From a bacterium (GTDB lineage: Bacteria > Bdellovibrionota_C > UBA2361 > RFPC01), in assembly GCA_009926305.1 (NCBI GenBank), contig RFPC01000006.1, forward strand, positions 1,401-65,400: a stretch of DNA of 64,000 nucleotides. The letters are read 5' to 3'. This document shows positions 47,244 through 57,223 of this stretch, one piece after another. The translations under genes and the position numbers were made by a program. Below the pieces are notes generated by a model, which saw nothing but the letters and a program-made list of their open reading frames with translations, was not told where the DNA came from and made no database searches. Each line of letters starts with the position of its first letter. Within the stretch, counting starts at the first letter, position 1.

Positions 47244-47489
47244 ATACTTCACGCGAAACACCCGTAGAGCCAAGAACAAAGAAATCAAAGGTGCTCGCCC
47301 TCTTGGGGAAAGCTCCCTACACTGCTTCGTCATCCACGAAGCTGCTCGCTCTGTTTTACCACGTCAGCGAAATATCGAGATAGAGAGAAATATTGCAAAA
47401 TTCTCGATCTATCTCCATCCCACTACTCGAAAGGATAGATGCTCACTGATGGACATCATACTCAAAGTGCGCAAACGCTGTTTTATCTG

Positions 47490-48182
47490 CTACCTTCTTC
47501 GGCTCCTCTTCTTCGCCTGTTCCTCCGCTCGCTTCTGTTCAGCTCGCTCTTCTTCGGAGAGATACCAGAAGGTTGTCGCCGTACACGCTGTTTGAAGATT
47601 CATCCCTTCGTCCCCAGAAGTCGGACTCGTCATTTGGACATCATTAATATTTACAATTCTCGCAAGTCCGCCCACTTCATCGAAAAAAGTCGCTACCTGA
47701 TGAAAGGTGCCACCTACCACCAAGGAAACAGACTTTTGTCCGTAGAACTCCCTTGCCGTGCTTCCCATTTCCTTGAATGCCTCGATAGTTAAACCAGCAT
47801 CCCGAGCCAGATCTGAAATCGAATCGAGCAGTCTCGAGGTCTCTTGCTTGTTTGGCAACTCTCGTAAGGCCGTCAAGAGCTGCTGATCTAATTCAACGAC
47901 CTCTCTTCGGACATGAGGTAGATTTCGAACTAACATCTGTTCTCGTCTAACTTGAATCTCCATCGACTCAACCTTTTCGTTCAGTCGTCTCAGCTCTTCG
48001 GCAGGAGTCTTATACCAGTATTGCCAGAAGACATACGACAAAAAGAGCACACTACCGACACAAAGACCCAACTTTTGATAGAACGACCACTCTCCGAAAC
48101 TCTCTAGAAATCTATTCATTACTCTTAATCTCCTCGCCCAATGCTCTTTTCCTCTCTCCTCAGATAGACTGCTACTGAGCAT
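47490..48182 (-). CDS. pilO: type IV pilus alignment protein PilO
   Basis: Short cytoplasmic N-terminus, one TM (LGLCVGSVLFLSYVF), a coiled coil, then a ferredoxin-like C-terminal domain, positioned after pilN. An alternative start at ATG 48119 has GAGGAG upstream. Confidence 0.8.
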   Translation of the reverse strand: MLSSSLSEERGKEHWARRLRVMNRFLESFGEWSFYQKLGLCVGSVLFLSYVFWQYWYKTPAEELRRLNEKVESMEIQVRREQMLVRNLPHVRREVVELDQQLLTALRELPNKQETSRLLDSISDLARDAGLTIEAFKEMGSTAREFYGQKSVSLVVGGTFHQVATFFDEVGGLARIVNINDVQMTSPTSGDEGMNLQTACTATTFWYLSEEERAEQKRAEEQAKKRSRRR

Positions 48183-48780
48183 CCGTTAAGTCATCTGCCT
48201 GCGCTCTTGCACTCAGAAGAGATTCAGGCTCACTTTTCAAAGCTCCCGAATAACTGAGTCGAGAGCGCAAAGTAAAAAACTGAAGTTTCACTCCATCACG
48301 CATCTCTGCTCGTGTGTCTACGCTCAAGTCGGCAAAATAATCAGACCGTTCAAGCTGCTTCATAAAGCTCGCGACTGTCTGGCCATCAATTGCGAATCCT
48401 GTAATTTCTATCATCGAGGAACGCTCAGATACTTCGGTTAACCACGCTCGCTCTGGAACACTAATGTTCAATTGATCGAGCACCTTTACAGGACCTAACT
48501 TATTCAAGCGAAGCTCTTGTATTACATTCAATTTTTGCTCCAATTCCTCCCGCTTCTCTTCTAACTGCTGAACTTCCTTCGTTCTCTCTTTTAAAAGGGC
48601 AAGTTCCTGCGATAGCAGATCATATTCCATCGTACGGCTATCTACTTCTGAGTGCACATCGAGACAGAGAAAAACTCCAACCACAGCGACAAAGAGACAA
48701 GAAATGCCAGTTCCCGCCAGCCAAACAAAGACGGATGAATCATGTCTCGTATCTTCACCGAGCAAGTTAATTTTAATCAT
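48172..48780 (-). CDS. pilN: type IV pilus alignment protein PilN
   Basis: MIKINLL N-terminus (the conserved INLLP-type PilM-binding peptide), one TM, and a coiled coil. Confidence 0.85.
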   Translation of the reverse strand: MIKINLLGEDTRHDSSVFVWLAGTGISCLFVAVVGVFLCLDVHSEVDSRTMEYDLLSQELALLKERTKEVQQLEEKREELEQKLNVIQELRLNKLGPVKVLDQLNISVPERAWLTEVSERSSMIEITGFAIDGQTVASFMKQLERSDYFADLSVDTRAEMRDGVKLQFFTLRSRLSYSGALKSEPESLLSARAQADDLTDAQ

Positions 48781-48829
48781 TTTCCCTCTCCTAATATCGT
48801 CTCTGCTACCGCTCTTAATGAGTTACTGA

Positions 48830-49915
48830 CTACAAACTTCCTGGAAGCATCCGATCTCCAACCTCTCGCAACGAAAGACCACAGGCAATACTCAGCTGCG
48901 CACCCATCTTCTCTATTTGCTCTCTATTGATAGCCGAATGAAAATCCATCTCTCGAAATGGATTAATAACCTCACATGAAATATCTGTAATTTTTTCAAG
49001 CGCAGCCAAGAAGCCTGGCAACCTTCCTGCTTCACCACTTAAAACAATCTTCTCAATTCGTTGCTCTGCTCCGGCAGCACTCCAAAAAAAACTGAGCTGT
49101 CGATTGAATTCACGAGCGAGCTTCTCTGACTCATCCGTCAGAGCACTCTGGACTGACTCTGTCTTCTCAAGATCATCAAGCCAGTCGGTTTCTCGCGAGA
49201 TTGTAGTCCCATGAAGCTCCTCAAGAGTATCTGCGATTGTCTCTGAACCAGTGCCAATATCACCAACGAACAAAGACTTTCCGCCGCTCACAATATTCAC
49301 AATTGAATACCGTGAACCAAGATCAACGAGAGCTACTGTTGATCCTCTGAGCTCAGGATAGGAATACTCAAAGATATTCTGGAGAGCAAAATAATCAACG
49401 TCAATAATCGCAGGTTGAAGCCCAACCCTCTCAAGCGTGGTGAGAAGCGCTTCAATCAATTCATTTTTTACCGCAACAACAAGAATCTCATATTGATTTT
49501 TCCCAGCTTCGCCAAGAACATGAAAATCTAACTTTACTGCCTCAATATCATGGGGAATAAAGTTAGCAGCTTCCATACGCACATTTTCTCCAAGCTCTTT
49601 ATATGGTAGCTGCTGCATTTTTAATTTTTTGGTAAAGACAGCAGGTCCGGGAACGGAGAGCACTACTCTCGGCAATTCGCCTTCCCAGTCTTGCAAGACA
49701 TCCTGCATGACACACTGCTCTATAGCATTTGCCAGAAGTTCTGTATTGGTAACAACATGATTCGCGAATGGATTTTCACGTAGCCTGGCAAAGCCTGTTT
49801 TTTCAATAGTCAGACGACCACCGTGCTTGGCACTCTGCATGCATTTAACACTTCGGGCTCCAATATCGAGGCTAATTAAAGCCTCCCCTCCTTTCAAAAA
49901 ACTCTTGAATACCAT
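48830..49915 (-). CDS. pilM: type IV pilus assembly ATPase-fold protein PilM
   Basis: Actin-like fold motifs LDIGARSVK and VDLGSRYSIVNI, a size of about 360 aa, and a position at the head of pilMNOQ. Confidence 0.9.
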   Translation of the reverse strand: MVFKSFLKGGEALISLDIGARSVKCMQSAKHGGRLTIEKTGFARLRENPFANHVVTNTELLANAIEQCVMQDVLQDWEGELPRVVLSVPGPAVFTKKLKMQQLPYKELGENVRMEAANFIPHDIEAVKLDFHVLGEAGKNQYEILVVAVKNELIEALLTTLERVGLQPAIIDVDYFALQNIFEYSYPELRGSTVALVDLGSRYSIVNIVSGGKSLFVGDIGTGSETIADTLEELHGTTISRETDWLDDLEKTESVQSALTDESEKLAREFNRQLSFFWSAAGAEQRIEKIVLSGEAGRLPGFLAALEKITDISCEVINPFREMDFHSAINREQIEKMGAQLSIACGLSLREVGDRMLPGSL

Positions 49916-50184
49916 TAATTATTCTCCGTTTTTCCTAGCACGAATTCATCAAAAAACTCTTATTCTTATTCCCTCAAAACCATCATCAGCCTGGCGTATG
50001 TCCCTTCACTTTGCATTCAATGACAGATGTTTCCTCGCATGAGCGAAATATAGGCTCAGCGACTATTCATTTGCACCAAAAATCTGCCTCTCTCCACTTC
50101 AAAATCAAACTTTAAAATCCTAGGATCTTAGTATGAGATAGATTCTGACTATGCGAAACTAGCGAGATTAGAAAAACGCTATCC

Positions 50185-52446
50185 ATGCGGAAATTTGTGA
50201 GACCAATGGCAGCATCGAGAGAAGAATTGCTTGTAGAAGTCACCCTATCGCCTCTTTCAGAGGCTTACACATATTCCGTGCCAGAGACTCATCAATCGGA
50301 AATAGAAATTGGCGTGCGGGTAGAAGTCCCTCTTGGTCGACGAATTGCGGTGGGATTTATTACGGGGGTGCTATCCGAGAGAGAGCTACAAGAAAAGTTT
50401 CAAGTAAAAAATATTCATCGTATTGTGCATCCCGCTCCCTGCTTCACGCCTGAAGCTCTCGAATTCTACAAATGGATTGCTCATTACTACTGCGTACCAC
50501 TCAGTAAAGTTCTTGAAACCGCAGTCCCAGATCCATTGCCGATTAAAATTCAAAAACATTGGTTTGCAACTGCTTCGCGCGATGAGGTTAGGGGAATTAA
50601 ACAGAAAGAGATTCTCCGTATTCTTCGCGAGCGAGATGTGGCTGGCATCTCTCATTTTGAGCTTCAACAGCTCTTTCCGAAATCTTCAGCCATCTTAAAT
50701 CGACTTCAAGAACTTGAACTCGCCATCCGAGAAGAGAAAAAGGAAGACGCATCTTCGTTTCTTACCCATCCCCACCTCGCAGAAGATTGCTTGCCCTCTA
50801 TTACCCTCAATGAACAGCAGGCATCTGCTCTAGGAGCCATCTCGGCATCTCTCAACCAAAAGTCATATAATGGCTTTTTGCTCCATGGGATAACTGGTAG
50901 CGGAAAAACTGAGGTATATATTGAAGCAGCTCAGCACGTCCTCGCACAGGGTGGCTCTATTCTGGTTTTAGTCCCTGAAATTGCACTTACTCCTCAGCTT
51001 GTTGATCGTTTTCGTGCTCGCCTGGAGCTGCCCCTTGCAGTAATGCACAGCAGCCTGCCGAAACGAAAGCGTTGGGAATGCTGGCGTGCAATCGCTGAGG
51101 GACAATGTCGGATTGCACTGGGTGTCCGATCAAGCATTTTTGCTCCCCTCCATAATCTCTCACTTATCATCGTGGACGAAGAACATGACTCTTCTTACAA
51201 ACAAGGAGACGGATTCAGATATAATGCGCGAGACTTAGCCTTAGTTCGCGCAAAACTCTGTGGTGCTACTACTATTCTCGGAAGCGCAACTCCTTCTGTT
51301 GAATCGTTCTATAATGCATCTCAAAAGAAAATTGGATATCTCAGATTAAAAGAGCGTCCCTACCAGACCAAACAACATTCATATGAAATCGTAAATCTTG
51401 GCCGGATAAAAAAGGGAGAAATGGTATCAGAAAGCATCTCTCCACAACTATTTTCAGCAATTCAAGAAACACTGATTCGAGGGGAGCAAGTTTTTCTCCT
51501 GTATAATCGGAGAGGTTTTGCTCGCTATCTGCAATGTAATACATGTGGAGAGTCCGTATTCTGTCCTAACTGCTCTGTGCCTCTTACCTATCACCAATAT
51601 GGCCAAAAACTTCTTTGTCACTACTGCTCTTTTACTATGGAACCGCCCCAAGACTGCAAAAGTTGTATGGAGAGAACCGACCTTGAGAGCACTCCCCTTT
51701 TGGAACTACGCGGTTCTGGAACACAAAAACTTTTTGAAGAACTCGAAGAGCTGTTTCCAAATGTCTCGATAGCACGACTCGACCGTGATAGTGCCGACTC
51801 ACTTTCGGAGCTTGAATCTATTTTACACGGAGTACGAGATGGCAGTATCCAAATTCTCGCAGGCACACAAATGATTGCAAAAGGGCACGATCTGCCTGGA
51901 GTGACTTTAGTTGGTGTCATTGACTGTGACGTAGGCTTACATATGCCCGATTTTAGAGCAGCAGAGCGTGTCTTCCAACTTCTTACCCAAGCAGGCGGGC
52001 GCGCCGGAAGACGTGAAATCCCCGGGCGAGTCATTCTTCAAACACGGCTACCAAATCACTTCAGCATTGCGCTGACTACCGAAGAGGACTACCACTCTTT
52101 TGCAAAACGAGAACTCAGCCTGAGAAAGAAGCTACTCTATCCTCCATTTCGTAAGCTCGTCCGTGTAGTGTGTTCGGCCGCAGAAGAACAACTTCCTATT
52201 GAACAACTGCGCACTATGCGCTTAATGATCCAGCAGTGGTGCGAAGCTCATGCGATATCCATTGAATGTCTCGGCCCCTCGCCTGCTCCGATTGAGAAAG
52301 TCAAAGCTCTTTTTCGTGCCCATTTACTTTTGAGAAGCGAGAAGTCGAGCGAACTCAGAAAGCTCGTTTCTATTATGAAAAAGCATATAAAAGTCCCGGT
52401 AAATATTCGCGTGACCTATGACATGGATCCTCAAGATATGCTCTAG
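50185..52446 (+). CDS. priA: primosomal replication restart helicase PriA
   Basis: HGITGSGKTEVY, IVDEEHD, Cys-rich zinc region CNTCGESVFCPNCSVPLTYHQYGQKLLCHYC, and QMIAKGHD. Confidence 0.95.
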   Translation: MRKFVRPMAASREELLVEVTLSPLSEAYTYSVPETHQSEIEIGVRVEVPLGRRIAVGFITGVLSERELQEKFQVKNIHRIVHPAPCFTPEALEFYKWIAHYYCVPLSKVLETAVPDPLPIKIQKHWFATASRDEVRGIKQKEILRILRERDVAGISHFELQQLFPKSSAILNRLQELELAIREEKKEDASSFLTHPHLAEDCLPSITLNEQQASALGAISASLNQKSYNGFLLHGITGSGKTEVYIEAAQHVLAQGGSILVLVPEIALTPQLVDRFRARLELPLAVMHSSLPKRKRWECWRAIAEGQCRIALGVRSSIFAPLHNLSLIIVDEEHDSSYKQGDGFRYNARDLALVRAKLCGATTILGSATPSVESFYNASQKKIGYLRLKERPYQTKQHSYEIVNLGRIKKGEMVSESISPQLFSAIQETLIRGEQVFLLYNRRGFARYLQCNTCGESVFCPNCSVPLTYHQYGQKLLCHYCSFTMEPPQDCKSCMERTDLESTPLLELRGSGTQKLFEELEELFPNVSIARLDRDSADSLSELESILHGVRDGSIQILAGTQMIAKGHDLPGVTLVGVIDCDVGLHMPDFRAAERVFQLLTQAGGRAGRREIPGRVILQTRLPNHFSIALTTEEDYHSFAKRELSLRKKLLYPPFRKLVRVVCSAAEEQLPIEQLRTMRLMIQQWCEAHAISIECLGPSPAPIEKVKALFRAHLLLRSEKSSELRKLVSIMKKHIKVPVNIRVTYDMDPQDML

Positions 52447-52472
52447 AGCAACTCTCGTGAAATATCAAAATC

Positions 52473-53960
52473 TTATTCTGAATCTTTCAATAATCGCGTC
52501 AAATTACCTGACAATCCATCAAAAGAACCATTGGACATAACCACGATTACTACTGGAGCGGAATTACCGGCATGTTGACGATGATACACTTGTAGATGTT
52601 GTAAAATTGCCTCTTGAATTGTGTGACCATCGGCATACATTTCACATATGCCTCCCTCCTGTTCTATCGAGGACTTGACCTTTAAAAGGTCAAGCATGGC
52701 CTCATTCTGATCTGTATATCGACTTTGAATTTCTCGGAGAAAAAGCCTTGCTACGCCGGAAAAACTCTCTTCATACTCTTTCTGAAAGATAGCTCGACGA
52801 CTCGTATTCGATCTCGGCTCAAAGGCCACCCATAGAGGTGAATCGGGATAACGCGCTTTTACCGCTTGAATTACCTCTCGCACCGCGGTTGGATGATGAG
52901 CAAAATCTTCTAGGAGAATAGCTGAAGAACTACAATAGTGTTGCTGTAAGCGCCGAGTCACCCCAATGAAATCTTTTATCGATACCTGCCAATCTTTCAA
53001 GGTAATTCCGAGGGGCTTCGTCGCTAAAAATCCAGCAAGGCAGTTCAGCATGTTCATCTGACCGACAAGCGGCGTCCGCAGTTCAAAAGATGATTCTGGG
53101 CCTTCAATCGTACCGACTTGCAGATCCCCATCATAGCTACATTTACTGAGCCTGTAATCCGCTCCGATGGATCGACCGAAGGTAATAAGCCTTTCACGAG
53201 GAACAGATTTAATGATCTCTTTTATTCGCGAGTAATCGGTGCAAGCAATTATATATCCACTCAAGGGCACTCGCCTTATGAGTTCAATAAACTCTTCTTC
53301 TATCTGATCTAAAGACTCATATATATCAGCGTGATCAAACTCTAGCGAATTGAGAATTAAAATATCCGGCTTATAAAATAAAAACTTTGGTCTCTTTACA
53401 TAGAACACACTGTCATATTCATCACCCTCAATAATTCCCTCTCCTCCTCTTCCATAGACAAATGAAGAGCTGAGCTGTGGAATATCTCCGCCGATAAAAT
53501 ACGAGGGATCTCGCTGTAATTGGGTAAAGGCATATGCCAAGAGAGCCGTCGTTGTCGTCTTCCCGTGTGTTCCCGCTACAACGATACCGGTTTTGTCTCC
53601 TTGAATAAGCTCGCCTGCAATCTTTGCAAAAAATGTGTGCGGGAGTTTTTTCTCTTCTACTGTTCGCACTTCTTCGTTCGTTGCAGGAACTGCATTACCA
53701 ATAATACATAACTCGACATCATCTGGAATATTATCTTTACTAAATCCCTTGAAGATCTTTACCTGAGATTGATTGAGCAAACTCGACATTGGAGGATAGA
53801 ATTCTTTATCACTCCCTGAAACGGCGTACCCCATTTCAGCAAGCGCAATGGCAAGTGCTCCCATAGCAATTCCACATACTCCAATCAGGTGTATATGACC
53901 ACCAGATGCTACCTGGGAAAGATCTTCGCAAGTCGAGAGATTCAGGTGTGATGCGTTCAT
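52473..53960 (-). CDS. mpl: Mur ligase family; UDP-N-acetylmuramate:L-Ala-gamma-D-Glu-meso-DAP ligase (Mpl)-like
   Basis: HLIGVCGIAMGALAIALAEMGYAVSGSD, then GTHGKTTTTALLA. ATG 53960 has GAGG upstream. The ORF track start at 54056 would overlap the upstream gene. Confidence 0.78.
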   Translation of the reverse strand: MNASHLNLSTCEDLSQVASGGHIHLIGVCGIAMGALAIALAEMGYAVSGSDKEFYPPMSSLLNQSQVKIFKGFSKDNIPDDVELCIIGNAVPATNEEVRTVEEKKLPHTFFAKIAGELIQGDKTGIVVAGTHGKTTTTALLAYAFTQLQRDPSYFIGGDIPQLSSSFVYGRGGEGIIEGDEYDSVFYVKRPKFLFYKPDILILNSLEFDHADIYESLDQIEEEFIELIRRVPLSGYIIACTDYSRIKEIIKSVPRERLITFGRSIGADYRLSKCSYDGDLQVGTIEGPESSFELRTPLVGQMNMLNCLAGFLATKPLGITLKDWQVSIKDFIGVTRRLQQHYCSSSAILLEDFAHHPTAVREVIQAVKARYPDSPLWVAFEPRSNTSRRAIFQKEYEESFSGVARLFLREIQSRYTDQNEAMLDLLKVKSSIEQEGGICEMYADGHTIQEAILQHLQVYHRQHAGNSAPVVIVVMSNGSFDGLSGNLTRLLKDSE

Positions 53961-54000
53961 TCTGACCTCTGGCTGTAGTTTATTCTCATCTGCAGTGGCT

Positions 54001-54675
54001 TCATTGCTGTGAGGTCTCAGCCTCACCAAGCCTTTCGTATAGCTGTGCATACTCAATGTCTAATGCATCATAGCGCTGTTTCAGAGTAAAGTATCGAGCG
54101 TTGCCTTCTTCGATCTGTGAAATGAGTTTTTCAGACTTCTCTTCGATTTCATACAGCTCTGTCTTCATTCCAAAAATTTGGTCCTGTAACTGAGAAGTCA
54201 TCTCTACTTCCTGAACGAGCTTCTCAAGGTCTGCCGTCGTCTCTGCAATTTTTCCCTTGAGCTCTTCATTCTTCCCACGAAGCTCCGTTTCTTTTCGCTG
54301 AAGAACCCGCAGCTCTTCTTTTGTCTCTATACTACTTGCTTCTAATTCGCGCTCTATCTCCTCAAGCTCTCGTAGTCTCGCTTCTACGGTTTCTAATTCC
54401 GCATCCGATACCGCCCGTCTACTCTGAAGCATCCGCAGCTCTTCTCGAAGCCTTTTCCACTCTTGTACGTTGTTTCTCAGGTCATCTATCGAAACCATTG
54501 TAGAATACATGGCATCAATTTTTTCTATTAACTGCTTTTGCACCTCTATATGGGAGGTAAGGCGTTCCCACTTATTCTCTGAACTAGCGGATGCTCCAGT
54601 TTTCAAGCGGTACACAAACAATGAGCCCACGACACTCGAGATAATGCCAACTACAATGACGACTACATAGTCCAT
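54001..54675 (-). CDS. N-terminally anchored coiled-coil protein
   Basis: TM helix YVVVIVVGIISSVVGSLFVY followed by about 190 aa of heptad-like E/K/L-rich sequence. The start overlaps the vWA gene stop (TAATG). Confidence 0.75.
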   Translation of the reverse strand: MDYVVVIVVGIISSVVGSLFVYRLKTGASASSENKWERLTSHIEVQKQLIEKIDAMYSTMVSIDDLRNNVQEWKRLREELRMLQSRRAVSDAELETVEARLRELEEIERELEASSIETKEELRVLQRKETELRGKNEELKGKIAETTADLEKLVQEVEMTSQLQDQIFGMKTELYEIEEKSEKLISQIEEGNARYFTLKQRYDALDIEYAQLYERLGEAETSQQ

Positions 54676-57014
54676 TACGGGGTTTCTTTGCTCTCTTCTT
54701 CCGGGTTATCAGCAACCTCTTCAATCTCTTCCTCTTGGGATACATCATCCTCTTCCGATGATTCAGGAGACTGATCAGACTGCACGCCATCACTCTCCTC
54801 ACTCCCTTGAGTTGGCTCATCCTGAGCGGTCTCTGGTATATCCTGCTCCGATGTTTCTTCCTCGCTCTCAGCTTCTTCTGCTGAAGACTCCTCAACCGCT
54901 TCTGAAGATTCTGCATCCTCTTCGGTAGAGGTTTCTTGACTTACTTCTCCTGAAGCTTCTTCGGCTACCTCTTTTACGGAAGTCTCTGCCTCTATTGGCT
55001 CGCTTTCCATTCCCTCGAGAGCAGGGTCATTTGCATCCAGCTCGCTTACCTCGGCTGCTGCTTGCAGCTCTAACATGGCCTTCGTGATCTCCGAGTCAAC
55101 CTCAAAAGACGGCACATCATCTTCTTCTGGCTGTTTTTTGTTCTTTAAGACGAAATAGCATCCTCCCGCAGTTCCGAGGCAGACAAGCCCAACAAGGAGC
55201 GAGAGTAAGAGCGAAGGAGCACTCGATTCTTCAACCGCATCTTCCTTTGACTCTGCTAAAGGTGGTTTATCTCGCTCAACATCGATGCGTGTTCGCTCAT
55301 ACCGAACAACTTGGCTTGTCCCTCTTACTATGCCCTTACGGGTCTCTCCCGTGATACTTGCTTGGATCTGATACGTGCCTGGGACAAGCAACTCGGATGA
55401 AGATACCTCATATCGCAATCCACCATCTGGATGCCGTTGAATGGGGAGTTCAATAAGCTCTTGTTGCTCATCAACGGCTATTAAACGAATGGTTATATTA
55501 CTAAGAGCTGAAACCTCAGGATTTAAGGTGACTCTGAAGTGATCAATCATGAGCCCACCAACTCTTCCCACTGACACGTCAGCAACTTGCTCAATCGGAA
55601 CTACCGAGAGATTAATAAGCCTTGGCTTCAAACGAAACGGTATGGTTTGCTGCCTTTCAAAAGTTGGACTTTTTGCCAAAAGCTTCAGTTGATAATCACC
55701 AGGGGTATCAAGCTCAACAAGTGCTGAAAAAACACCATCATCAGGCCGCTCATCTTCACCCTCTCCATCATCCTTAAGAAGTTCGCTAATAATTGGCTGG
55801 GAGACTCTATCAGTTGGAGTAATCTGAAAAGCGTATGTAGTGACACTGGTCATCTCTGGCAGTACCACAGGCTTATCACGATCATAGAGGCGCGCTTTTA
55901 GCACTCTCTTGGTTCCAGCTAGGAGACTAGAAGGCCAATCGGTAATCAACTTCAAGTCTGTTAATACCGTTGCAAATCCCTCATCTTCCTCAAGACCGAT
56001 AATCTGCCATTTTCCAACCTCTGGCTTGTCTACCGTAATCACCTCAAACTGCTTGGTAGCAAACCACTTCATCCCAGAGCCCAGGTTTTCTGCTGAATAG
56101 ACATAGCCCGATGGAGTACGAACTGAGAGTGCCTCTGCTGGATTGTGTCCCTGCTCTAAATTGACATAAAAGGTTGCTTGCTGAACATCAGCATCAATCG
56201 CAAAACCCTTTGTCGTCATGGGAACAATCTGCGGCTTTTTGACAACGAGAAAAAGCTCGGTAAATGCCTCGTGAACACCCTCGGGAGACTCGGAGTACCA
56301 ACTATATCCACCCGTTGCTTGAGCCATTTCAGCAAGCAAATCTTTATCCGCTTCTGGGGAGAGAGCCAGGGTATGAAGCGTGATATTTTGTCGCTTTAAC
56401 TCAGGCAGAAGCTTATACATAAGCCCATCTCGCAACCCTTCTGGCGTTGCCCATTGTGGATCAGGATCAAGCTTTCCATCAGAAAGCAAAATAATCGCTT
56501 TCTTTGCCCCAGAACGTGGGTTTTCATCGAGTAGCTTTTTTGCTTCTACAATTCCAGATACTGGATCGGTGTACACACCTACATCACTTACTTTCTCTAC
56601 TACCTTCTCAATTTCTGGAATCTGAATAGGATGGTAGTCGTCAAGGGAGCGCAAGACTCGTGCCCGAGCATCGAATTCAATAATCGCAAGCCGATCACCC
56701 TCCTTCAAAAATTGCGAAAAAAGTTTTGCTCCTTCGTCTCGCAGTCGATCTGGGTCAGTAATCCGCATACTTGCAGAAGCATCAAGCACTAATATCGCGT
56801 CAAGGGTCTCTCGCGAAGACTCCTGCTTTTCTGCATCTTCCGCATGCGCAGAGAGCGCCAAGAAATACGCACACAGAAGCACTATGAGGGGGTAATAAAA
56901 AAATCTTGATAAACGGAACCGCGTTGTACCACTACAAATCGCAACAAGCCGTGCATGAGCTTGTCTCAAGCAGTTATGTGTCTCAAATATTTCTCCGAAA
57001 GATAAATACGCCAT
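54675..57014 (-). CDS. von Willebrand factor A domain membrane protein with a long acidic cytoplasmic tail
   Basis: Signal or anchor segment, MIDAS ILVLDASASM, AIILLSDG, beta-rich repeats, a TM helix (LLLSLLVGLVCLGTAGGCYFVL), then an E/D/S-rich tail of about 150 aa. Confidence 0.85.
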   Translation of the reverse strand: MAYLSFGEIFETHNCLRQAHARLVAICSGTTRFRLSRFFYYPLIVLLCAYFLALSAHAEDAEKQESSRETLDAILVLDASASMRITDPDRLRDEGAKLFSQFLKEGDRLAIIEFDARARVLRSLDDYHPIQIPEIEKVVEKVSDVGVYTDPVSGIVEAKKLLDENPRSGAKKAIILLSDGKLDPDPQWATPEGLRDGLMYKLLPELKRQNITLHTLALSPEADKDLLAEMAQATGGYSWYSESPEGVHEAFTELFLVVKKPQIVPMTTKGFAIDADVQQATFYVNLEQGHNPAEALSVRTPSGYVYSAENLGSGMKWFATKQFEVITVDKPEVGKWQIIGLEEDEGFATVLTDLKLITDWPSSLLAGTKRVLKARLYDRDKPVVLPEMTSVTTYAFQITPTDRVSQPIISELLKDDGEGEDERPDDGVFSALVELDTPGDYQLKLLAKSPTFERQQTIPFRLKPRLINLSVVPIEQVADVSVGRVGGLMIDHFRVTLNPEVSALSNITIRLIAVDEQQELIELPIQRHPDGGLRYEVSSSELLVPGTYQIQASITGETRKGIVRGTSQVVRYERTRIDVERDKPPLAESKEDAVEESSAPSLLLSLLVGLVCLGTAGGCYFVLKNKKQPEEDDVPSFEVDSEITKAMLELQAAAEVSELDANDPALEGMESEPIEAETSVKEVAEEASGEVSQETSTEEDAESSEAVEESSAEEAESEEETSEQDIPETAQDEPTQGSEESDGVQSDQSPESSEEDDVSQEEEIEEVADNPEEESKETP

Positions 57015-57223
57015 AATTGTATATTCGCTTTCTTACGCTACTCCTTTCGAATAGAGACTCCCGAAGCGGCGCTCCCTCACGACGAGATCGGTAAAATGAG
57101 AAAAATTCTCCTTTCTCTACTCCTATCGACCAGAACGTGTATCCTTATAATGATAAAACTCCTTTGACTAGGACCTCAAAGCCCTAGCCTCTAATACTGT
57201 ATACAAGATTTCAGAGCCTAACC

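Noticed and set aside
47169-47333. 54-codon minus-strand ORF in the pilO-pilQ gap, considered as a possible remnant of pilP
   Set aside because: It has no lipobox Cys, is far too short for a PilP HR domain, and runs through a 16-nt (non-triplet) tandem repeat. It is not called as a gene or pseudogene.
54584-54916. 110-aa highly basic minus ORF (K/R-rich)
   Set aside because: It is an alternative frame of the GAA/GAG-rich DNA encoding the acidic tail of the vWA protein, so it is a frame artefact.
57096-57167. 23-codon hydrophobic sORF (MRKILLSLLLSTRTCILIMIKLL) upstream of the cyclophilin gene
   Set aside because: It has no convincing RBS and is very short. It is indistinguishable from chance in an AT-rich promoter region.
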